Source: Phocaeicola sp. (lineage in GTDB: Bacteria; Bacteroidota; Bacteroidia; Bacteroidales; Bacteroidaceae). From it: DNA of 64,000 nucleotides. Where the stretch lies: assembly GCA_045121515.1 (NCBI GenBank), contig JBGVGD010000021.1, positions 21,955 to 85,954 on the forward strand, in the 5' to 3' direction. The notes under the pieces are model-generated. The model made no database searches and had not been told where the DNA came from. It was given only the letters and a program-made list of their open reading frames with translations. Positions 8,054-19,140 of the stretch are shown here, in pieces. Each line of letters starts with the position of its first letter. Position 1 is the stretch's first letter. A program made the translations under genes and the position numbers.

Positions 8054-10591
8054 TTATCCGCAACGTGAAGTACCGCAGTTCTTGCAGATGAGGCAACCTT
8101 CTTGGTATATCAAGGTTTCCTGACCGCAGTTCGGACATTTCTGGCCTTCGGCCTTGGTACCGTCTACTACGTATTTCTTCAAAGCGCGTTCCACACCGTT
8201 CTTCCAGGTGTTGATGTTTTCGCTATCCAATTGGAGCGAGTCAACCAACTTGATGACACGGTCGATTGGCATTCTCCAACGAAGGACACCCGAAATCAAT
8301 TTGGCGTAGTTCCAATATTCCTTGTTGAATTTTTCAGACAACCCTTCGATGGTAGTCTTGTAGCCACGCTTGTTTTCGAATTGGAAGTCGTAATGCTTGT
8401 GGCCGTCTTCGTCTACATTCTTGATGATACGACCGCTAGTTACTGACTTTGGCAACAAGATGCCTTCTTCATCGTCTTGAAGACCGGTGAAGATTTCGTA
8501 TGGATGTCCGTCGAGCAAACCTACAAAGGCTACCCATTTTTCCTTGTTGTTCTGGAAACGGATGACATCGGCTTCCAATACCTTCGGACGAACTTCTACT
8601 ACATCCGGTTGCTTGCAGATAGGTACTTCCTGTTTCTTGTTTTCCTTGGTAGAAATCAAGACACCTGCACGAGAACCGTCACGATATACGGTACATCCCT
8701 TACATCCCGAGCGCCATGCTTCTACATAGAGGCGGTTCACCAATTCTTCATCCACATCGTTCGGCAAGTTGATAGTCACACTGATAGAATGGTCTACCCA
8801 CTTCTGGATTCTTCCCTGCATCTTTACCTTCATCAACCAGTCTACATCGTTTGAAGTAGCCTTGTTGTAAGGTGACTGAGCAACGAGGTCGTCAATTTCT
8901 TCTTGGGTATAACGTTTCTTGGTGTCAATGCCATTGGCTTCCATCCAAGTGAGGAACTTGTGGTGGTAAACAATGTATTCTTCGAATGCGTCACCGGTTT
9001 CGTCCACGAAGTCTACGTGTACTTGTGGGTCGTTCGGATTTACTTTTCTTCTGCGCTTGTAAACCGGCATGAAGACTGGTTCGATACCCGAGGTTGTTTG
9101 AGTCATCAAACTGGTAGTACCGGTAGGAGCGATAGTCAAACATGCGATGTTACGACGGCCATATTGCTTCATTTCTTCGTACAAAGCAGGATCGGCTTCC
9201 TTGATGCGGTTTACGAACGGATTGTTCTTTTCGCGTTCCCAGTCGTAGATTGCGAATGCGCCACGTTCCTTAGCCATGTTTACAGAAGAACGGTATGCTT
9301 CCAAGGCTACTGTCTTGTGTACTTCTTCAGAGAAAGCAGTTGCTTCTTCTGTACCATAGCGGAGACCCATAGCGGCAATCATGTCACCTTCTGCTGTGAT
9401 ACCTACACCGGTACGACGTCCTTGACCACTCTTCTTGTAGATCTTTTGCCACAAATGTCTTTCGGCTCCCTTCACTTCTTCGTTTTCAGGGTCGGATTCA
9501 ATCTTTTCCATAATCTTCTCGATTTTTTCCAACTCGAGGTCGATAATGTCATCCATGATACGTTGTGCCAAACCAACGTGCTTCTTGAACAATTCGAAGT
9601 CGAAGTAAGCATCCTTGGTAAATGGGTTGACTACGTATGAATAAAGGTTGATAGCCAACAAGCGGCAAGAATCGTACGGGCAAAGTGGAATTTCACCGCA
9701 TGGGTTGGTAGAAACCGTACGATAGCCAAGGTCGGCATAGCAATCTGGCACTGATTCGCGAAGAATGGTATCCCAGAACAATACACCCGGTTCTGCCGAT
9801 TTCCAAGCGTTGTGAACAATCTTTTTCCACAAAGCTGTAGCATCAATTTCTTTGGTGAATTGAGGTTCTGTTGCATCAATTGGATATTGTTGGATGTACG
9901 GAGTACCGTCTACGGCTGCTTGCATGAAAGCGTCGTCCAACTTAACAGATACATTAGCACCGGTTACTTTTCCTTCAGTCATCTTTGCATCGATGAAGGA
10001 TTCTGAATCCGGATGCTTGATAGATACACTCAACATCAAGGCACCACGACGACCGTCCTGGGCTACTTCGCGAGTGGAGTTAGAATAACGTTCCATGAAA
10101 GGAACCAAACCAGTAGATGTCAAAGCAGAGTTCTTTACTGGAGAACCTTTCGGGCGAATGTGTGATAAGTCATGACCTACACCACCACGACGTTTCATCA
10201 ATTGAACTTGTTCTTCGTCGATACGGATAATAGCACCGTAGGAGTCGGCTGCACCTTCCATACCGATTACGAAACAGTTGGACAAAGAAGCAACTTGGAA
10301 ATCATTTCCGATACCTGTCATCGGGCTTCCTTGTGGTACGATGTACTTGAAATGATCGAGTAATTCGAACAATTCTTGTGCACTTAACCCGTTGGCATAT
10401 TTTGCTTCGATACGGGCTACTTCATTGGCAATACGCCAATGCATATCTTCCGGAGATTGTTCATAAATGTTTCCGAAAGAGTCCTTTACTGCATATTTGT
10501 TTACCCAAACTCTTGCAGCCAATTCATCGCCTTTGAAATATTCCAGAGATTTGGCAAAGGCTTCATCGTAGGTGTAGGTTTGTTTTTCCAC
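8054..10591 (-). CDS. nrdJ: Adenosylcobalamin-dependent (class II) ribonucleoside-diphosphate reductase
   Basis: SLSNCFV, TNPCGEIPL and TIAPTGT motifs; C-terminal CPNCG...CKNCG...SRCG zinc-finger/cysteine tail. Confidence 0.95.
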   Translation of the reverse strand: MEKQTYTYDEAFAKSLEYFKGDELAARVWVNKYAVKDSFGNIYEQSPEDMHWRIANEVARIEAKYANGLSAQELFELLDHFKYIVPQGSPMTGIGNDFQVASLSNCFVIGMEGAADSYGAIIRIDEEQVQLMKRRGGVGHDLSHIRPKGSPVKNSALTSTGLVPFMERYSNSTREVAQDGRRGALMLSVSIKHPDSESFIDAKMTEGKVTGANVSVKLDDAFMQAAVDGTPYIQQYPIDATEPQFTKEIDATALWKKIVHNAWKSAEPGVLFWDTILRESVPDCYADLGYRTVSTNPCGEIPLCPYDSCRLLAINLYSYVVNPFTKDAYFDFELFKKHVGLAQRIMDDIIDLELEKIEKIMEKIESDPENEEVKGAERHLWQKIYKKSGQGRRTGVGITAEGDMIAAMGLRYGTEEATAFSEEVHKTVALEAYRSSVNMAKERGAFAIYDWEREKNNPFVNRIKEADPALYEEMKQYGRRNIACLTIAPTGTTSLMTQTTSGIEPVFMPVYKRRRKVNPNDPQVHVDFVDETGDAFEEYIVYHHKFLTWMEANGIDTKKRYTQEEIDDLVAQSPYNKATSNDVDWLMKVKMQGRIQKWVDHSISVTINLPNDVDEELVNRLYVEAWRSGCKGCTVYRDGSRAGVLISTKENKKQEVPICKQPDVVEVRPKVLEADVIRFQNNKEKWVAFVGLLDGHPYEIFTGLQDDEEGILLPKSVTSGRIIKNVDEDGHKHYDFQFENKRGYKTTIEGLSEKFNKEYWNYAKLISGVLRWRMPIDRVIKLVDSLQLDSENINTWKNGVERALKKYVVDGTKAEGQKCPNCGQETLIYQEGCLICKNCGTSRCG

Positions 10592-10666
10592 TTTTATTGA
10601 ATGTTTATTTTATGGTATAAATTCGTTTGGCTGTAGATGTTTTCGCTTTGCTAATAAATGTCGGTG

Positions 10667-10674
10667 CAAAGATA
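10667..10674 (-). promoter_or_regulatory. Bacteroidetes -7 promoter box for nrdJ
   Basis: TATCTTTG on the minus strand, about 75 bp upstream of the nrdJ start. Confidence 0.6.
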
Positions 10675-10887
10675 GGGATGTCTATTAAATTGGCAAAATA
10701 AATAATAAAAAAGTTATCAACAATTTAAAAGTTTTCCATTTTGACTATTTAATATATTGATAAACAAGTTGTTGTAATTTTTAAAATGGTGAAAAGCTTT
10801 CCAAAACGATAAATAGGTGTTGATAAAGCATCTATTTTCTGTGTAAATTCTGAAAAGGATATGTTTGTTGTTTTGGTTGAAAATGCG

Positions 10888-10895
10888 TAAGTTTG
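10888..10895 (+). promoter_or_regulatory. -7 promoter box for the nitroreductase gene
   Basis: TAAGTTTG 17 bp before the ATG at 10913. Confidence 0.55.
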
Positions 10896-10912
10896 CGGAA
10901 AAAAGAAAAAAG

Positions 10913-11653
10913 ATGGATTGTATAAAGAATAGACGGACTATCCGTAAGTACAAACAGGAAGAAATTCCTTCTACATTGCTCAATTCGTTGCTTGAAGAAG
11001 CGTTCCGTGCTTCTACCATGGGGAATATGCAACTTTATAGTGTTGTCGTTACTCGTGAACCGGAAATGAAGGCTAAGTTGGCTCCTGCACATTTCAATCA
11101 ACCGATGGTGACTACTGCTCCTGTTGTTTTGACTTTCTGTGCAGATTTCAACCGTTTCAGTAAGTGGTGTAAGTGTCGTAAGGCAGAACCGGGATATGAT
11201 AATCCTATTTCCTTCATCAATGCTGCCAGTGACGCTTTATTAGTTACCCAAAACTTTTGTACTTTGGCCGAAGCCAATGGTTTGGGAATTTGCTATTTGG
11301 GTACTACGGTCTATAATCCGGATCAAATTGTAGAAATTCTTCAATTGCCGGAGTTGGTGATGCCGATAGCTACCATTACAGTGGGTTATCCTGATGAATG
11401 TCCGGTGCAGCCGGAACGTTTGCCTTTGGAAGGTATTTTGCATGAAGAGGTCTACCATGATTATACCGACCAGGATATTGATAGAATTTATGCGGCTAAG
11501 GAAGCGATGCCGGAGAATCAGCATTTTGTGACTATCAATCAGAAAGAAACCTTGGCGCAGGTGTTTACTGATATTCGTTATAAGAAAGCGGATAATGAGT
11601 ATATGTCAGGAGTCTTGAAGAAAACATTGAAGCAACAAGGATTTGCGAAATAA
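10913..11653 (+). CDS. Nitroreductase-family (NfsA-like) flavin oxidoreductase
   Basis: NRRTIRKY, ASTMGNMQLYSVV and GLGICYLG motifs; ATG at 10913 chosen as start. Confidence 0.9.
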   Translation: MDCIKNRRTIRKYKQEEIPSTLLNSLLEEAFRASTMGNMQLYSVVVTREPEMKAKLAPAHFNQPMVTTAPVVLTFCADFNRFSKWCKCRKAEPGYDNPISFINAASDALLVTQNFCTLAEANGLGICYLGTTVYNPDQIVEILQLPELVMPIATITVGYPDECPVQPERLPLEGILHEEVYHDYTDQDIDRIYAAKEAMPENQHFVTINQKETLAQVFTDIRYKKADNEYMSGVLKKTLKQQGFAK

Positions 11654-11697
11654 AATAAGAAGGGGAAGCATGAAATCTGCTTCCCCTTCTTATTTTA
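11652..11697. terminator. Bidirectional terminator between the nitroreductase gene and dnaA
   Basis: AAAATAAGAAGGGGAAGCA...TGCTTCCCCTTCTTATTTT. Confidence 0.8.
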
Positions 11698-13101
11698 TCT
11701 TGTCTTTAGTGAGGCTTCTATTTCCTCAATTTCTGCTTTCATGTCTTTGTCTACTTCCACTAAGTCTTTCATGATCTTGCAAGCATGTATTACAGTGGCA
11801 TGGTCACGTTTTCCAATCAGGTAGCCGATTTTGGAAGTGGAGGTATCTGTATGTTTCTTGGCCAGATACATCGCAACTTGGCGAACTTGTACGATTTCGC
11901 GTTTGCGTGACTTGGTATGAAGGACGGATTCGTCCATTTTGTAATGTTCGCAAACCTTGGCAATGATTTCCTCAATGGTAATCGGCTTGTTCTCAATGAT
12001 ACGTACTGCCTTACGGATGATACGTTCAGCCAAATCCATGTCAATATCGCGTTTGAACAAGATAGATTGTGCCAACAAAGAGTTGACGATACCTTCCAGT
12101 TCACGTACGCTTTCATCTACATTCTCTGCAATGAAGTTGATAACATTTTCAGGAATGTTCAAACCATCGCGATGGATTTTGTTACGCAAGATATTCTTTC
12201 GAAGTTCTTTGTCAGGCTTTTCCAATTCAGCCACCAATCCCCACTTGAAACGGGTCAACAAGCGTTCTTCCATACCTTGCAACATGACAGGAGCACGGTC
12301 GGAAGTGAGAATCAATTGTTTGCCATTCTGGTGCAAATGGTTGAAGATATGGAAGAAAGTGTTCTGTGTTTTAGTAACACCTGCAAATTCTTGAATATCA
12401 TCAATAATGAGCACATCAATGGTTTGGTAGAAGTTTATGAAGTCATTGAAGTGGTTAGTACGTACCGAATCGGTATATTGTACCTGAAACAAATGAGCCG
12501 AAATGTATAATACGCGTTTTTCTGGATACAATTCCTTGATACGTGTACCGATAGCATTGGTCAAGTGTGTCTTTCCTACGCCGGATGGACCGTATAGGAA
12601 CAATGGATTAAATGTCTTAGCCGGATTTTGGGCTACAGTTTCACCTACCGTACGAGAAAATTCATTGCTAATCCCTTTGATGAAGTTTTCAAAGTTGTAG
12701 TTCGGGTTCAAATGTGGATCCAAATCCTGTGGAGCAGGAGCTTGCATAGGATTAGGAGTCTTGTTTCCGTTACGGATGGTTTGATGAGCCGGAACCGCAG
12801 ATGATCGGTTCGTACTTTCCATATTTACAGAAATATGGTTGGTCTTGTCTGTGAGTACAGAATACATCAATCGTGTACCTTCACCAATTTGCTTGTTGAG
12901 GGTTGCACGTAACAAATCCGCAAACTTTTCTTCCAGGAATTCATAGAAGAAAGGGCTAGGGACTCCAATGGTCAAAGCTTTGTCCTCGTACTTTAATGGT
13001 ACGATAGGTTCGAACCAAGTTTTAAAGGTCGTTTCAGGAACATTGTCATGTATCATCTGAAGACAATGTTTCCATAAATTGACGTAATCGTTCTCAATCA
13101 T
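11695..13101 (-). CDS. dnaA: Chromosomal replication initiator
   Basis: YNFENF, Walker [24 protein letters not shown] and [10 protein letters not shown] motifs. Confidence 0.98.
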   Translation of the reverse strand: MIENDYVNLWKHCLQMIHDNVPETTFKTWFEPIVPLKYEDKALTIGVPSPFFYEFLEEKFADLLRATLNKQIGEGTRLMYSVLTDKTNHISVNMESTNRSSAVPAHQTIRNGNKTPNPMQAPAPQDLDPHLNPNYNFENFIKGISNEFSRTVGETVAQNPAKTFNPLFLYGPSGVGKTHLTNAIGTRIKELYPEKRVLYISAHLFQVQYTDSVRTNHFNDFINFYQTIDVLIIDDIQEFAGVTKTQNTFFHIFNHLHQNGKQLILTSDRAPVMLQGMEERLLTRFKWGLVAELEKPDKELRKNILRNKIHRDGLNIPENVINFIAENVDESVRELEGIVNSLLAQSILFKRDIDMDLAERIIRKAVRIIENKPITIEEIIAKVCEHYKMDESVLHTKSRKREIVQVRQVAMYLAKKHTDTSTSKIGYLIGKRDHATVIHACKIMKDLVEVDKDMKAEIEEIEASLKTR

Positions 13102-13433
13102 AGATAGACATTTATTAATAAAGCGAAACTTCTACGAATGCAAATTTCTAAATGAATTTCTAGAAAAACAAATAACTTTTTTCTTGCATTTTTGAGTAAA
13201 TCTCTAAGTAGCTTTATTTCAGAAACTTATGAAAATGAGAATTTGGGAGTGTAAAAATAAAATTTGTGTATATCCAAGTGCTTGAAAATAAATAGTTTAA
13301 TAATTTATTTTATGGACTGTGTCAGTTGTACTTGAATAATAAATAATGGCTTCTCTCCATGGCTATATCCTTAATAGAGGGCATATTGTGAGAGAAGCCA
13401 TTATTCTTAATTATTTAGATGTTTTCTAGATTA

Positions 13434-14327
13434 TCATTTCTCGGTTTTATCTTTTCTGCCGAAAAGAGAGAAGTGTACATATCGCTTTGGATGAGCTTTC
13501 AAATCTTCCAAGAGTGATGCTGCATTAGCAGTTGTTGCACTTAAATTATTATACAATGTAGGATCGTTAAACAACAAGCCAACGGTGTTGTCCTTATTGT
13601 TCAACTTGTTGGTGAGTGTCTGTACATTATATAAGGTAGAATCAATCTTCTGCATAGTTCCTGCATAGTCGATTCCTTTCAGGTTTTCGCTGATAACAGT
13701 GACGTTTTCTGCGATGGTAACCATACGGTTGGTCAAGAGTGGCAGATCGTTTTGCATCAACTGGTTCAATTGACGAGTAGTAACATTTAGATTGGCTGTT
13801 AACTTTTCGGTATTTTCCAATGTTGCACTCAATGCCGGATTGGCTAAGAGTTGGTTCAATGAATGCAGAATGGAGTCCATCTTTGGCATTAATTGTTCTA
13901 CTTTAGGCATGATACCTTCGGCTACACCCATGAGCCCGTTATTGACTTTACCGGGGAGAGTATCACCCGGCTGGTAAGATTCTTTGCTGCTCAAATTTAA
14001 GATGAGATTCATTTTGACAGTACCTAACATGTCTGTAACCAATTCACCTTGACTGTGTGTTGGAATCTTCATGTCGTTATCCAATTCGACTTCAACCACC
14101 ACGTGTCCAGGATTGGCGTGATTGTATTGGATATCTCTTACCAAACCGATTTTGTATCCGCTGGCAAATACCGGGCTAGAAACGGCTAATCCATTGATGT
14201 CGGTAAACTCTACATAGTAGTAACTGGATGCTTGAAACATACGGACACCCTTCAAATAATTGATTCCAAAAAAGAGCAATGCAATGGCTGCAATGCCAAT
14301 AAAACCTATTTTAACTTCTTTCTTCAT
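13434..14327 (-). CDS. MlaD/MCE-family protein
   Basis: N-terminal TM anchor, MCE motif (INGLAVSSPVFASGYKIGLV), helical tail ending HPKRYVHFSLFG. Confidence 0.88.
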   Translation of the reverse strand: MKKEVKIGFIGIAAIALLFFGINYLKGVRMFQASSYYYVEFTDINGLAVSSPVFASGYKIGLVRDIQYNHANPGHVVVEVELDNDMKIPTHSQGELVTDMLGTVKMNLILNLSSKESYQPGDTLPGKVNNGLMGVAEGIMPKVEQLMPKMDSILHSLNQLLANPALSATLENTEKLTANLNVTTRQLNQLMQNDLPLLTNRMVTIAENVTVISENLKGIDYAGTMQKIDSTLYNVQTLTNKLNNKDNTVGLLFNDPTLYNNLSATTANAASLLEDLKAHPKRYVHFSLFGRKDKTEK

Positions 14328-14351
14328 ATTCTCAATTGTACATTTAGTTAA

Positions 14352-15500
14352 TTATCTATTGTTCTTGAATTCTTTGATTGCTTGGTTTACATCCATTTTC
14401 TTGCCATTCTTGAAAGCAATGATGAATGCTCCCTTGAATTTGGTTTCAATCTGGCGTTTGGTCCGTAATACTTTGTTGTAGTCGGTGCTTTCGCCATAAG
14501 TATACTTGTATATACCTTTTTCTTGATAATGACTTACAGGGGAAAGTCCCTTGAACTGTTTATGGTTTGCTGATAATTTTTTGTCAGATGTCAATATCTG
14601 AATCTTGAATATCGGCTTATCGCTAGTAACCGTTTGCTTCTTAGGGGCAGCCGAAGGCTTTTTATCCGCTTGGGAAATAACTTTAGGTTTTGTCGGAGAC
14701 TCATTTCTTCTGGCAATAGGGGAGCCGTTCTGTTCCTTGTATTTCATGAAAGCACGATAGATGCTTTGTGCTAAAGCATCGGTTCCGGCTTCGGATAGCA
14801 AATATCTTTCTTCGTCCGGTGTGGAGATATAGCCCAATTCTACCAATACCCCTGGCATGGTTGTTTCCCGGAGAACGAGAAATCCGGCCTGATGTACTCC
14901 TTTATCGATACGTTTGGCTGTATTCTTGAATTGACGTTGGATTTGTGTGGCCAATTGGACACTCTTTTCCATATTTTTGTCTTGCAAGAATTCAAAGATA
15001 ATATAACTTTCAGAAGAATTCGGGTTAAAGCCAGCGTATCGTTGTTCGTAGTCGTTCTCGATCAAGATTACGGCATTTTCTTTTTTAGCAACCTCCAAAT
15101 TGTCTTCTGTACGGTGAAGCCCTAATGTGTAAGTCTCAGTTCCACGTACGGTTCTTCCGCGTGCAACGGAATTGGTATGGATGGAAATGAACAAGTCGGC
15201 TTTAGCGTTGTTTGCAATTTGGGCACGTCTGTCCAGTCCTACGAAAGTGTCTTTGTCTCGGGTATAGACGATACTTACATCATTGCAATTACTTTGGATA
15301 AGTTTACCTAGTTTCAAGGCAACGTTCAGATTGATGTTCTTTTCTTTGCCTCGCTTGCCGATGGCACCAGGGTCACGACCACCATGACCAGGGTCAATAA
15401 CTACTATAAAATTCCTGTTTCCCGCTTGTGCTCTGACAAAGGGAAGTACCGACCAAAGGGTACACAAGAGAATTATTATGTAACTTCTGTTCATTATCAT
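14352..15500 (-). CDS. N-acetylmuramoyl-L-alanine amidase (Amidase_3)
   Basis: VIDPGHGGRDPG, FISIHTN and VLVELGY motifs; signal peptide. Confidence 0.93.
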   Translation of the reverse strand: MIMNRSYIIILLCTLWSVLPFVRAQAGNRNFIVVIDPGHGGRDPGAIGKRGKEKNINLNVALKLGKLIQSNCNDVSIVYTRDKDTFVGLDRRAQIANNAKADLFISIHTNSVARGRTVRGTETYTLGLHRTEDNLEVAKKENAVILIENDYEQRYAGFNPNSSESYIIFEFLQDKNMEKSVQLATQIQRQFKNTAKRIDKGVHQAGFLVLRETTMPGVLVELGYISTPDEERYLLSEAGTDALAQSIYRAFMKYKEQNGSPIARRNESPTKPKVISQADKKPSAAPKKQTVTSDKPIFKIQILTSDKKLSANHKQFKGLSPVSHYQEKGIYKYTYGESTDYNKVLRTKRQIETKFKGAFIIAFKNGKKMDVNQAIKEFKNNR

Positions 15501-15717
15501 ATTTATAAGGTGCAAAGTTAGCCATTTTTAATGAAAATAGGGCAGATGTTCTGAAGTTTTCCGGATTTAAGACGAAAATGATGTGAAAACCCGAAAAATA
15601 GAAAAGTGCAAATACTTTGATGTCTGATGCAAAATACCGAAACGTTAGAGAAATCTGAATCTTTGTGATTTTGTTTGAAGATTATTTCGTATTATTGCAA
15701 AAAATAAACGATTGAAG

Positions 15718-16254
15718 ATGGATGCACTTGCTATCATTGATAAATATTATCCTGAGGATAATGAGTTAAAACGGATTTTAGTTACGCATAGCCGATCGGT
15801 AGCCGATAAGGCGCTTTGGATTGCTGATATTCATCCGGAGTTGGAACTTGACAAACAATTTTTGGAAGAAGCGGCTTTGTTGCATGATATCGGTGTTTTT
15901 CTGACTGATGCACCGGGTATTCATTGTTATGGAACACATCCTTATATCTGTCATGGATACTTAGGATCACAATTGTTGCAGCAAGAAGGTTTTTTGCGCC
16001 ATGCTTTGGTATGTGAACGACATACGGGAGCCGGAATGTCCTTGCAAAGTATTCTTGAACAAAATTTACCCGTCCCACATCGTGAAATGGTACCGGTATC
16101 GTTGGAAGAACAAGTCATCTGTTTTGCAGACAAATTCTTTTCCAAGACCCGTCTTGATAGTGAAAAGACTATCGAGAAGGCGCTCAAAAGTATATCTAAA
16201 TATGGAGAAGATGGGGTAATCCGTTTCAATAATTGGTGTGAACGCTTCTTGTAA
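15718..16254 (+). CDS. HD-domain phosphohydrolase
   Basis: HSRSV, ALLHDIG and FADKFFSK motifs. Confidence 0.85.
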   Translation: MDALAIIDKYYPEDNELKRILVTHSRSVADKALWIADIHPELELDKQFLEEAALLHDIGVFLTDAPGIHCYGTHPYICHGYLGSQLLQQEGFLRHALVCERHTGAGMSLQSILEQNLPVPHREMVPVSLEEQVICFADKFFSKTRLDSEKTIEKALKSISKYGEDGVIRFNNWCERFL

Positions 16255-16344
16255 GCCTTAAAAATACATTAAAATTCAAGTAAATCCTTTATAATTGGCG
16301 GATAATGCTTAATTTTGCCCTCTTGAAGTGAAAGAAAAGAACGA

Positions 16345-19083
16345 ATGACGCAAAACAAACTACATAGAATTATCCCTTTTTTACTGTTGGCTGTTGCCCT
16401 GATGCTTAGTGTGGAGTCGGGAGCCCAGCGGGCGCGTAATCGTCGTCGGGGTATAAATGATACGGTCCGAGTGGATTCACTTGGAGCGGATACCCTTGCA
16501 GTGGATTCAGTGGGAGCAAAAAAGAAGGAGCCGCTGGATGCTCCGGTGGTGTATGAAGCCAATGACTCTATTGTGTTCATGGATGGTTTGGTACATTTGT
16601 ATGGCCAAAGTAAGGTGAATTACGAGAAGATTGAATTGACTTCAGAAATCATTACCATGAATATGGACAGTAGTACGGTTTTTGCACGTGGTATTGTCGA
16701 TAGTACAGGAGTGGAAACAGGCTTGCCGGTCTTTAAGGATAGCGATACGCCTTATGAATCGAAGGAGATGCGCTATAACTTCAAGAGTAAGAAAGGTTTC
16801 ATCAACCAGATCGTTACTCAACAAGGGGAAGGGTATGTGATAAGTAAGGAAGCAAAGAAAGGTGCAAACGATGAAATTTATATGAGGTCTGGCCAATATA
16901 CCACTTGCGACCATGAACATCCTCATTTCTATTTGAAACTTTCTATGGCCAAGGTACGTCCAAAGAAAAACGCAGTTTTTGGTCCTGCTCAATTGGTGGT
17001 GGAAGATGTTCCGCTTCCTATTGCTGTTCCGTTTGGTTTCTTCCCGTTTAACAGTAGTTATTCATCCGGCTTCATTATGCCGACTTTCGGTGATGAAATG
17101 AACCGTGGTTTTTATTTGCGTGACGGGGGGTATTATTTCGCTATCAATGATAATATGGACTTGAAGGTATTGGGCGAAATCTTTACCAAAGGTTCATGGG
17201 GACTTTCTACTCAATCCAATTATGCAAAGCGTTATAAATATAGCGGTTCGTTCAATGCCAGTTATTTGGTGACTAAGACAGGGGAGAAGAACATGCCGGA
17301 CTATATGGTAACGAAGGACTTGAAGTTTGCTTGGAGTCATCGACAGGATCCGAAGGCTAGTCCGAACAGTACTTTTTCTGCGAATGTGAATTTTGCAACC
17401 AGTAGTTATGACCGCCGAAACTTAAGCAGTTTGTACAATCCGGAGCAATATTCCAATAATACGAAGGCGTCTAGTGTGAGTTATTCCCGTACATTCCCTT
17501 CTATCGGTTTGAATTTGTCAAGTACGTTCAATATCACACAAAATACACGTGACTCTTCTATCAGTGTGACTTTGCCGGATTTGAATATCTCTTTGAATCG
17601 TATTTATCCGTTCAAACGTAAGAAATCGGCAGGAGAAGAACGATGGTATGAAAAGATTTCTTTCCAATATACCGGTCGAATGACAAATTCGATTACGACC
17701 AAGGACAATTTGCTTTTGAAGCAAGGTTTGAGTAATTGGAACAATGGTATGCAACATACTATCCCGGTAAGTGCTACATTTACTTTATTCAAATACTTCA
17801 ATGTGGTTCCTTCATTCAATTATACAGAACGTTGGTATACCCGCAAGGTGCTTCAAAGTTATGACCCGACTGTAGCTGGAAGTATACGTAAGGATACAAT
17901 CAATGGCTTCAACCGTTTGTATAATTACAATATGAGTCTGCAGGTGAATTCTAAGTTGTATGGTTTCTTTAAGCCATGGAAGGTGTTTGGCGATAAAGTT
18001 CAGATGATTCGTCACGTCTTTACTCCGTCTGTCAGCTTTAGTTATGCTCCGGACTTTGGTCAATCTCGTTATGGCTATTACGATACTTATACTTATACAG
18101 ATGAAAAGGGTGAAGTTCGTACAGTGGAATATTCTCCTTATCAAGGTATGGCATTTGGGGTACCAGGTAAGGGTATGCAGAAGTCATTCAACTTTGCTAT
18201 CGACAATAATGTAGAAATGAAGATCAAGTCGGATAGTGATACGACAGGTGTGAAGAAGATTAGTCTGATTGACCAATTATCGGCCAATATGTCTTATAAT
18301 GCGGCAGCGCAAACACGTCCTTGGAGTGATTTGAGCATGAACTTGCGTTTGAAGTTGACCAAGAGTTATACCTTTAATATGAATGCATCGTTTGCAACGT
18401 ATGCTTATCAGTATGACGATCGTGGCAATATTGTTGTGGGTGATCGGACTGAATGGTCGTATGGCCGTTTCGGACGTTTCCAAGGATATAGCGGTTCTTT
18501 CTCCTATACCTTTAATAATGACACTTGGAAAAAGTGGTTTGGCTCAAAGGATGAAGAAGAAAACAATAAGGGAAACAAGAATGATGATAAAGAAGGGGAA
18601 TATGATGATGAATATTTGAGTGAGGAGGAACAGGCTGAATTGAAAAAGAAGCAATCACAACCCCGTAAGAAGGAAAAAGCAAATATTAGCGAAGATGGCT
18701 ATATGGCATTCAAGATGCCTTGGTCGTTGAGTTTGAGCTATAGTTATAGTATCCGTGAGGATAGGAATAAGGAGAAGTTCAATCGTAAGACCATGCGTTA
18801 TCCGTATGCATTGACCCATTCGTTGAATGCGAGTGGTAATGTCAAGTTGGGTAGCCGTTGGAATATAAACTATTCATCGGGTTATGACTTTACTCAGAAG
18901 AAGATGTCCATGACAACCGTGAATATTACACGTGACTTGCATTGCTTTACCATGAGTTGTGGTTTGGTGTTTGGTCCGTTTACTTCTTATAACTTTAGTA
19001 TCCGTGCTCTTTCAAGCATGTTGACGGATGCATTGAAGTGGGATCAGCGAAGTAATACAGGTAGTGCAGTTACTTGGTACTAA
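16345..19083 (+). CDS. lptD: Putative LPS-assembly outer-membrane protein LptD
   Basis: Signal peptide, YTTCDHEHPHFY motif, long beta-barrel region, RDLHCF near the C-terminus. Confidence 0.85.
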   Translation: MTQNKLHRIIPFLLLAVALMLSVESGAQRARNRRRGINDTVRVDSLGADTLAVDSVGAKKKEPLDAPVVYEANDSIVFMDGLVHLYGQSKVNYEKIELTSEIITMNMDSSTVFARGIVDSTGVETGLPVFKDSDTPYESKEMRYNFKSKKGFINQIVTQQGEGYVISKEAKKGANDEIYMRSGQYTTCDHEHPHFYLKLSMAKVRPKKNAVFGPAQLVVEDVPLPIAVPFGFFPFNSSYSSGFIMPTFGDEMNRGFYLRDGGYYFAINDNMDLKVLGEIFTKGSWGLSTQSNYAKRYKYSGSFNASYLVTKTGEKNMPDYMVTKDLKFAWSHRQDPKASPNSTFSANVNFATSSYDRRNLSSLYNPEQYSNNTKASSVSYSRTFPSIGLNLSSTFNITQNTRDSSISVTLPDLNISLNRIYPFKRKKSAGEERWYEKISFQYTGRMTNSITTKDNLLLKQGLSNWNNGMQHTIPVSATFTLFKYFNVVPSFNYTERWYTRKVLQSYDPTVAGSIRKDTINGFNRLYNYNMSLQVNSKLYGFFKPWKVFGDKVQMIRHVFTPSVSFSYAPDFGQSRYGYYDTYTYTDEKGEVRTVEYSPYQGMAFGVPGKGMQKSFNFAIDNNVEMKIKSDSDTTGVKKISLIDQLSANMSYNAAAQTRPWSDLSMNLRLKLTKSYTFNMNASFATYAYQYDDRGNIVVGDRTEWSYGRFGRFQGYSGSFSYTFNNDTWKKWFGSKDEEENNKGNKNDDKEGEYDDEYLSEEEQAELKKKQSQPRKKEKANISEDGYMAFKMPWSLSLSYSYSIREDRNKEKFNRKTMRYPYALTHSLNASGNVKLGSRWNINYSSGYDFTQKKMSMTTVNITRDLHCFTMSCGLVFGPFTSYNFSIRALSSMLTDALKWDQRSNTGSAVTWY

Positions 19084-19087
19084 AATA

Positions 19088-19119
19088 AAAAAGCGGAAGT
19101 CTCAAAACTTCCGCTTTTT
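19088..19119. terminator. Bidirectional terminator
   Basis: AAAAAGCGGAAGT-CTCAAA-ACTTCCGCTTTTT between convergent genes. Confidence 0.8.
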
Positions 19120-19140
19120 GTTTGAATAGTATGCTATGAA

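Noticed and set aside
7967-10700. Cobalamin riboswitch near nrdJ
   Set aside because: No B12-box or GGGAA/GCCACTG cores are visible in the short upstream region.
13102-13433. oriC directly upstream of dnaA
   Set aside because: AT-rich, but no TTATCCACA-like boxes were found; dnaA unlinked from dnaN is normal in Bacteroidales.
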